DNA from: Patescibacteria group bacterium
GTDB lineage: Bacteria > Patescibacteriota > Minisyncoccia > RBG-13-40-8-A
Assembly: GCA_049322295.1 (NCBI GenBank)
Contig: JBMORO010000052.1
Coordinates: 1-48,418 of the forward strand
Reading direction: 5' to 3'
DNA: 48,418 nt
Part shown: piece after piece, positions 44,934 through 48,418 of the stretch
Layout of the letters: every line of letters starts with the position of its first letter
Numbering within the stretch: position 1 is the stretch's first letter
Notes under the pieces: model-generated
The model's database searches: none
Told to the model about the DNA's origin: nothing
What the model saw: only the letters and a program-made list of their open reading frames with translations
Translations under genes and position numbers: made by a program

Positions 44934-46355
44934 TCATTTTTTTATATACCTTAACCCTGTCTTAATTAATGATTTTAAGTCTCCGATTGATCTAACCTTT
45001 CTAAGTTTCCTAAATCCCTTCTTCAAAATCCCTCCTCTTGTGCCTAATTCTTTTGTCATAATAGCTTTAATTTTTTCTATTTCCTTGCCGGGCCATTCCA
45101 TTAAAAATAGAGAGGGGTCATCGCCAGTAATTTTATATTTCTCTGACTGATAAGGACTATTCCAAGAAAAATCCAAAGGCATAATACCTTGCTTTTTTGC
45201 CATAAGCTCTAATTCTGTGCCAGGATAAATTACCGTAAATCCATAAGCAGGATAAGAATTTCTAATTTCTCGAAGCTCTTTCATTAAATTTATAGTCATT
45301 TTCAGGTCTTCCATTGTTTCTTCGGGCAAATTGACCATAAAATTAGTCACTACCGCCATCCCAACTTTAGAAGAAAGTCGGACAGCTTCTTTTGCTTGTT
45401 CAACGGTTATGTTTTTTTTAATAACTTTTAAAATTTTCGGACTACCCGATTCTATCCCATAACTTATTCTAATACAATTAGCTTTTCTCATTAATTTAAG
45501 AAGGTCTTCATTGACAGTATTAACTCTTGCTCTGGCATACCAAACAATATCGAGTTTTCTTTTTAGAATTTCTTCGCAAACCCCCCTTACATGATCGTGA
45601 ACCAATGTCATCGTATCATCCCAAAAATCAAATCCTTCATATCCATATTCTTTGTGCAAAAATTCAACTTCATCAACAAAATTTTTAGGACTTCTTAATC
45701 TTAAAACTGTCCTGGCATTAGCACAATAAACACAAACATTGGGACAGCCCCGACCACTTAACACGCCAACTGCCCTAATATTAGTACCATCAATAGGTCG
45801 AGTGTACTGTTTCAAATCAAATAGATGCCAAGCTGGCATTGGTAACTCATCAAGATTCATTATCAAATCAGTTAAAGGCTTCTCTATAATTTTGCCACTC
45901 TGTCCTCTGTAAGCCAAACCCGAAACTTTATCAATATCGCCTTTTTCCTCCAAAGTATTCAGAAATTGAACAACTGCTTTTTCACCCTCCCCCCTGATTA
46001 TAAAATCTATTTCCGACACAATCTCTAAGGCATTTTTGGTTGTTAAAGAAAAATGCGGTCCGCCAAATAGGGTAATAATCTTGGGGTTATTTTTCTTTAA
46101 TTCTTTAGCCAGGGCAATAGCTTTGAATCTATTATCAGTAATGGAATGGATTCCTACTACATCTGGATTTTTATTTAAAATTCTCTTAGCTGCCTCAGAA
46201 GGACTAAAACCATAAGTATGAGCATCAAAAATTTCAACTTGATGATGACTAAATTTTTCTATATAAGCGGCAATATAACCAATGCCCAAAAAGGGCAAAC
46301 CTTTTCGCTCAAGGTCTCCTTCCGCCCGAGGACTGGTTGTTAATACAATTTTCAT
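44934..46355 (-). CDS. B12-binding-domain radical SAM enzyme (class B), paralog 7
   Basis: LGIGYIAAYI, FGGPHFSL, IRGEGEKAV and NLDELPMPAWHL are present. The cluster motif is GRGCPNVCVYC. Confidence 0.85.
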   Translation of the reverse strand: MKIVLTTSPRAEGDLERKGLPFLGIGYIAAYIEKFSHHQVEIFDAHTYGFSPSEAAKRILNKNPDVVGIHSITDNRFKAIALAKELKKNNPKIITLFGGPHFSLTTKNALEIVSEIDFIIRGEGEKAVVQFLNTLEEKGDIDKVSGLAYRGQSGKIIEKPLTDLIMNLDELPMPAWHLFDLKQYTRPIDGTNIRAVGVLSGRGCPNVCVYCANARTVLRLRSPKNFVDEVEFLHKEYGYEGFDFWDDTMTLVHDHVRGVCEEILKRKLDIVWYARARVNTVNEDLLKLMRKANCIRISYGIESGSPKILKVIKKNITVEQAKEAVRLSSKVGMAVVTNFMVNLPEETMEDLKMTINLMKELREIRNSYPAYGFTVIYPGTELELMAKKQGIMPLDFSWNSPYQSEKYKITGDDPSLFLMEWPGKEIEKIKAIMTKELGTRGGILKKGFRKLRKVRSIGDLKSLIKTGLRYIKK

Positions 46356-47509
46356 TTAAATAACTTTATAAATTTATTAACAATTTTATCCAAAGAATAT
46401 TCTTTAACTTTCTCTAATTCTTCTTTTCTAAAGCTATTATATAATTCTTTGTCCGAAAGCAATGTTTCTATCTTATGGGCGAACATCTCAATATCGCCCG
46501 GCTTGACTAAAAATCTCTGGGCAGTCTCTGGGGAAATTTCTCGCACTGCCCCCACGTCAGAAGCAATATAGGGAATACCCATGGCCATTGCTTCTAATAA
46601 AACCCGTGGAAAACCCTCTTCCATTGACGGCATAATAAATAAATCAGCTTTGGCGTAATATTCGACAAGGTCTTTATTTGGCACAGCCCCCACAACTATA
46701 ATAAAGTTTTTTAATTTATTTTTCTCAATTTCTTCTAATAATTTTTCTTTATACGGCCCGTCACCGATAACCATTAAATTTAAATTTTTATTAGGTGGGA
46801 TGGCTCCGGGCCTTTTAAATTTTAAATTATTCATAATTGGAACAATCATATCAGCGCCCTTTCTTTTTGATAACCAGTGAACAAACAATAAAACCTTCGG
46901 TTTCGCTGATTTACGCTGATGACTACGCGAATCAACGCTGAATTCTGCGTCTTTCTGCGCTGCTATCTGCGTTCTTCTGCTTCTACTAAATCTGTTTAGA
47001 TTTATCCAATTTGGCATTATTTTTATCTTTTGGGGGCTCAAATTGTAGTGTTCGCTATATCCTTGTTTCATAATTTTACTGCCGGTTACTAAATAATGGG
47101 ATAATTTCAAACTCAATTTATAACCAAGACCAGGCAATGTTCTTTGCTTAAATAACCAATTCATTGCGCAATTCCAGTAATATGATTTTCCTCCAAATAT
47201 CCTAGAAATAATTCCAGCATTAATTGCCCCAATATAACAAATATGGGTGTAAAAAATTCTGTATCCTAAAAATCTGGCTTTTAAAAGTGCAAAAAAACTT
47301 TCTAAAAATCTGAAGGGAATAAATCTAAACTTTTGGATATAAAACTTGTTTGTTAATTCTACATTATTGGTGTCTGATTTCTCTATTATTAAAAATATAT
47401 CTAAATGTTTAGATAATTCTCTTAAAAATTCGTAGTGATGATAAAAATGACCAGCAGTATTTTCGCTATATTCTGGCAGAATATAACAAATTTTTGTACG
47501 CTTCCGCAT
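46352..47509 (-). CDS. GT4 glycosyltransferase
   Basis: The C-terminal domain carries FPRVLLEAMAMGIPYIASDVGAVREI. The track start at 47590 would overlap the upstream gene by 125 nt. The ATG at 47509 (MRKRTKICYILPEY) gives a 44-nt overlap and a typical GT4 N-terminus. The linker carries the 42-nt element plus a 49-nt extension. Confidence 0.75.
   Translation of the reverse strand: MRKRTKICYILPEYSENTAGHFYHHYEFLRELSKHLDIFLIIEKSDTNNVELTNKFYIQKFRFIPFRFLESFFALLKARFLGYRIFYTHICYIGAINAGIISRIFGGKSYYWNCAMNWLFKQRTLPGLGYKLSLKLSHYLVTGSKIMKQGYSEHYNLSPQKIKIMPNWINLNRFSRSRRTQIAAQKDAEFSVDSRSHQRKSAKPKVLLFVHWLSKRKGADMIVPIMNNLKFKRPGAIPPNKNLNLMVIGDGPYKEKLLEEIEKNKLKNFIIVVGAVPNKDLVEYYAKADLFIMPSMEEGFPRVLLEAMAMGIPYIASDVGAVREISPETAQRFLVKPGDIEMFAHKIETLLSDKELYNSFRKEELEKVKEYSLDKIVNKFIKLFK
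46943..46984 (-). repeat. 42-nt in-frame element, copy c (encodes RSRRTQIAAQKDAE), followed by a CGCTGA-rich extension (46894-46942, FSVDSRSHQRKSAKPK)
   Basis: On the minus strand it reads agaagcagaagaacgcagatagcagcgcagaaagacgcagaa. It lies in the same reading frame as copies a and b. Confidence 0.75.
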
Positions 47510-48418
47510 AATTTTTAATTGCTTTTTTTCTCTCAAATTGCTGGACTGTATTATAGCCATTTTCAGCAATTCTTCTACGTAAATTTTCATCTTTTAATAA
47601 ATCTAAAATCTTCTCAGTGATATCATCATTATCCCAATCAATAAATATCCCGTTAGCTTGCCCCGAGCTCCTCGAAGGGTCTTTGATTACGTCTATCATT
47701 GCTCCAACTCTAGTTGTAATTACTGGTAATTTACAAGCCATCGCCTCTAAGCAAACTCTCGGACCTCCCTCATTAAAAGATGGCATTACAAAAATCTTTG
47801 ACTGATTATAGATTCTTGCCACATCTTCTATGCTCGGCAACCAGCCGGCAAATTCTACATTATCCTGTAATCTATTTTTCGCAATATATTTTTCTATTTT
47901 AGGTTTTAATGGTCCGTCGCCAATAATTATAAATTTGAAATTTGGGGTTTGGGATTTAAGTTTTTTTGTTGCTTTAAGCAACAAGTCGATTCCTTTGTTT
48001 TTAACCAATCTCCCAGAAAACACTAAATCGTATTTTTTCTCAAGATTTTGGGGCTTGAATATTTCTAAATCAATATAAAAGGCAGGAATATATTTTATTT
48101 TTTTTTCATCAACCCCTGACTGTTTTAGAAACTCGGGGACTTGGTTTTGATTAATTACCCGGACTGCCCTAGCTTTTTTGGCAAAATATTTTATAAATAA
48201 CCTAGCTAAAATTTTATAAAACCATTCTTTAAAACTTCCTGCCCTCGGATAGCCAGTAATATGCATTACTTCTAAAATATAGGGTATCTCTAAATAAAGA
48301 TTATTCTCAGGAGAGACCCTTCGCAGCCCGAGCGGGCACGGTTCCCGCCTCTGGCGGGAGAGCGAGGGCGAGACGGAGCGCGACGCCTCGTTGGGGCGTC
48401 GACGCGTGTCGAAACGAG
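47466..48418 (-). CDS. GT4 glycosyltransferase, probably 5'-partial (frame stays open to the right edge of the window)
   Basis: The C-terminal domain carries GGPRVCLEAMACKLPVITTRVGAMIDVIKD[PSRSSGQA]NGIFIDW. The track starts at the ATG at 48266 (MHITGYP), which would remove the whole N-terminal Rossmann domain. My translation upstream stays open: ...RREPCPLGLRRVSPENNLYLEIPYILEVMHITGYP. The real start is therefore probably outside the window. Confidence 0.6.
   Translation of the reverse strand, partial: RFDTRRRPNEASRSVSPSLSRQRREPCPLGLRRVSPENNLYLEIPYILEVMHITGYPRAGSFKEWFYKILARLFIKYFAKKARAVRVINQNQVPEFLKQSGVDEKKIKYIPAFYIDLEIFKPQNLEKKYDLVFSGRLVKNKGIDLLLKATKKLKSQTPNFKFIIIGDGPLKPKIEKYIAKNRLQDNVEFAGWLPSIEDVARIYNQSKIFVMPSFNEGGPRVCLEAMACKLPVITTRVGAMIDVIKDPSRSSGQANGIFIDWDNDDITEKILDLLKDENLRRRIAENGYNTVQQFERKKAIKNYAEAYKNLLYSARI
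47655..47678 (-). repeat. 24-nt GC-rich in-frame insertion (PSRSSGQA) splitting the conserved D-x-NG motif of the GT4
   Basis: On the minus strand it reads ccttcgaggagctcggggcaagct. The adjoining agacccttcg (reverse complement of 47673-47682) recurs in direct form at 48314-48323. Confidence 0.6.
48310..48418. repeat. GC-rich, multi-hairpin element at the right edge of the window
   Basis: G+C rises abruptly to roughly 70%. Hairpins are cccgcc-tct-ggcggg (48344-48358) and gacgcc-tcgttgg-ggcgtc (48382-48400), with ctcgtt/aacgag closing a larger stem. The element is in frame with the GT4 gene. The window ends inside it. Confidence 0.6.

Noticed and set aside
28824-48078. Short ORFs at 28824-29042, 30361-30543, 32880-33104, 33129-33425, 39822-40013, 43314-43571, 44893-45150, 47617-47805 and 47830-48078.
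   Set aside because: These are shadow ORFs opposite GT4, methyltransferase, AsnB, UPF0104, radical SAM or surface-protein genes. They have a repetitive S/F/L/I-rich composition.
1-48418. Possible alternative genetic code (UGA recoding, as in some CPR lineages).
   Set aside because: Standard-code translation gives long uninterrupted ORFs with intact family motifs. Stops are mostly TAA/TAG but include TGA at apparently genuine gene ends, such as 44934-44936 and 23208-23210. No in-frame TGA interrupts a recognisable domain.
1-48418. Mobile elements, prophage, defence systems, toxin-antitoxin pairs and CRISPR-Cas.
   Set aside because: I found no integrase, transposase, recombinase, nuclease/helicase defence signature, phage structural gene or tRNA attachment site. 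Every long ORF fits envelope biogenesis or surface display.

Overview
This is AT-rich DNA (roughly 30% G+C by eye) that is almost entirely coding. It reads like a Patescibacteria/CPR-type genome fragment. That placement is an inference from composition, compact overlapping genes and gene content, and I cannot verify it here. The window starts inside secA (minus strand, 1-647). The remaining ~47 kb is one cell-envelope glycan or glycolipid island. It encodes 1 initiating polyprenyl-P sugar-phosphate transferase, 2 GT2 polyprenyl-P-sugar-synthase-like enzymes and 7 GT4 glycosyltransferases. It also encodes 7 paralogous B12-binding (class B) radical SAM enzymes, 5 class I SAM methyltransferases, 2 AsnB-type amidotransferases and 1 DegT-type aminotransferase. 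The membrane and export components are 3 UPF0104 'flippase-like' proteins, 1 Wzx-like flippase, 1 O-antigen-ligase-like/TPR fusion, 3 large polytopic (possibly GT-C) proteins and 1 alkaline-phosphatase-superfamily enzyme. Two secreted proteins (669-2465 and 41532-42812) share a 129-aa C-terminal domain and lie near the two ends of the island. A membrane-anchored fibre-like repeat protein sits beside the second one. I saw no rRNA, tRNA, CRISPR array, transposase, integrase or recognisable defence gene. The most unusual points are these. (1) Seven cobalamin radical SAM paralogs sit in one glycan locus, including a GT2 / rSAM x3 / UPF0104 operon and repeated modifier-GT4-methyltransferase triads. 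(2) A 42-nt element is inserted in frame in three unrelated genes, and GC-rich palindromic patches lie inside other genes and at the right edge of the window. (3) A 607-nt gene-free gap (2466-3072) is densely self-complementary. It has a near-consensus promoter and a terminator-like hairpin, so it may encode a structured RNA. (4) Three near-consensus sigma70-type promoters sit so close to their start codons that the leaders would be very short. The supplied ORF track uses the longest ORFs and includes TTG/GTG starts. I shortened four genes to in-frame ATGs where context supported it. I treated the last gene as running off the right edge of the window.
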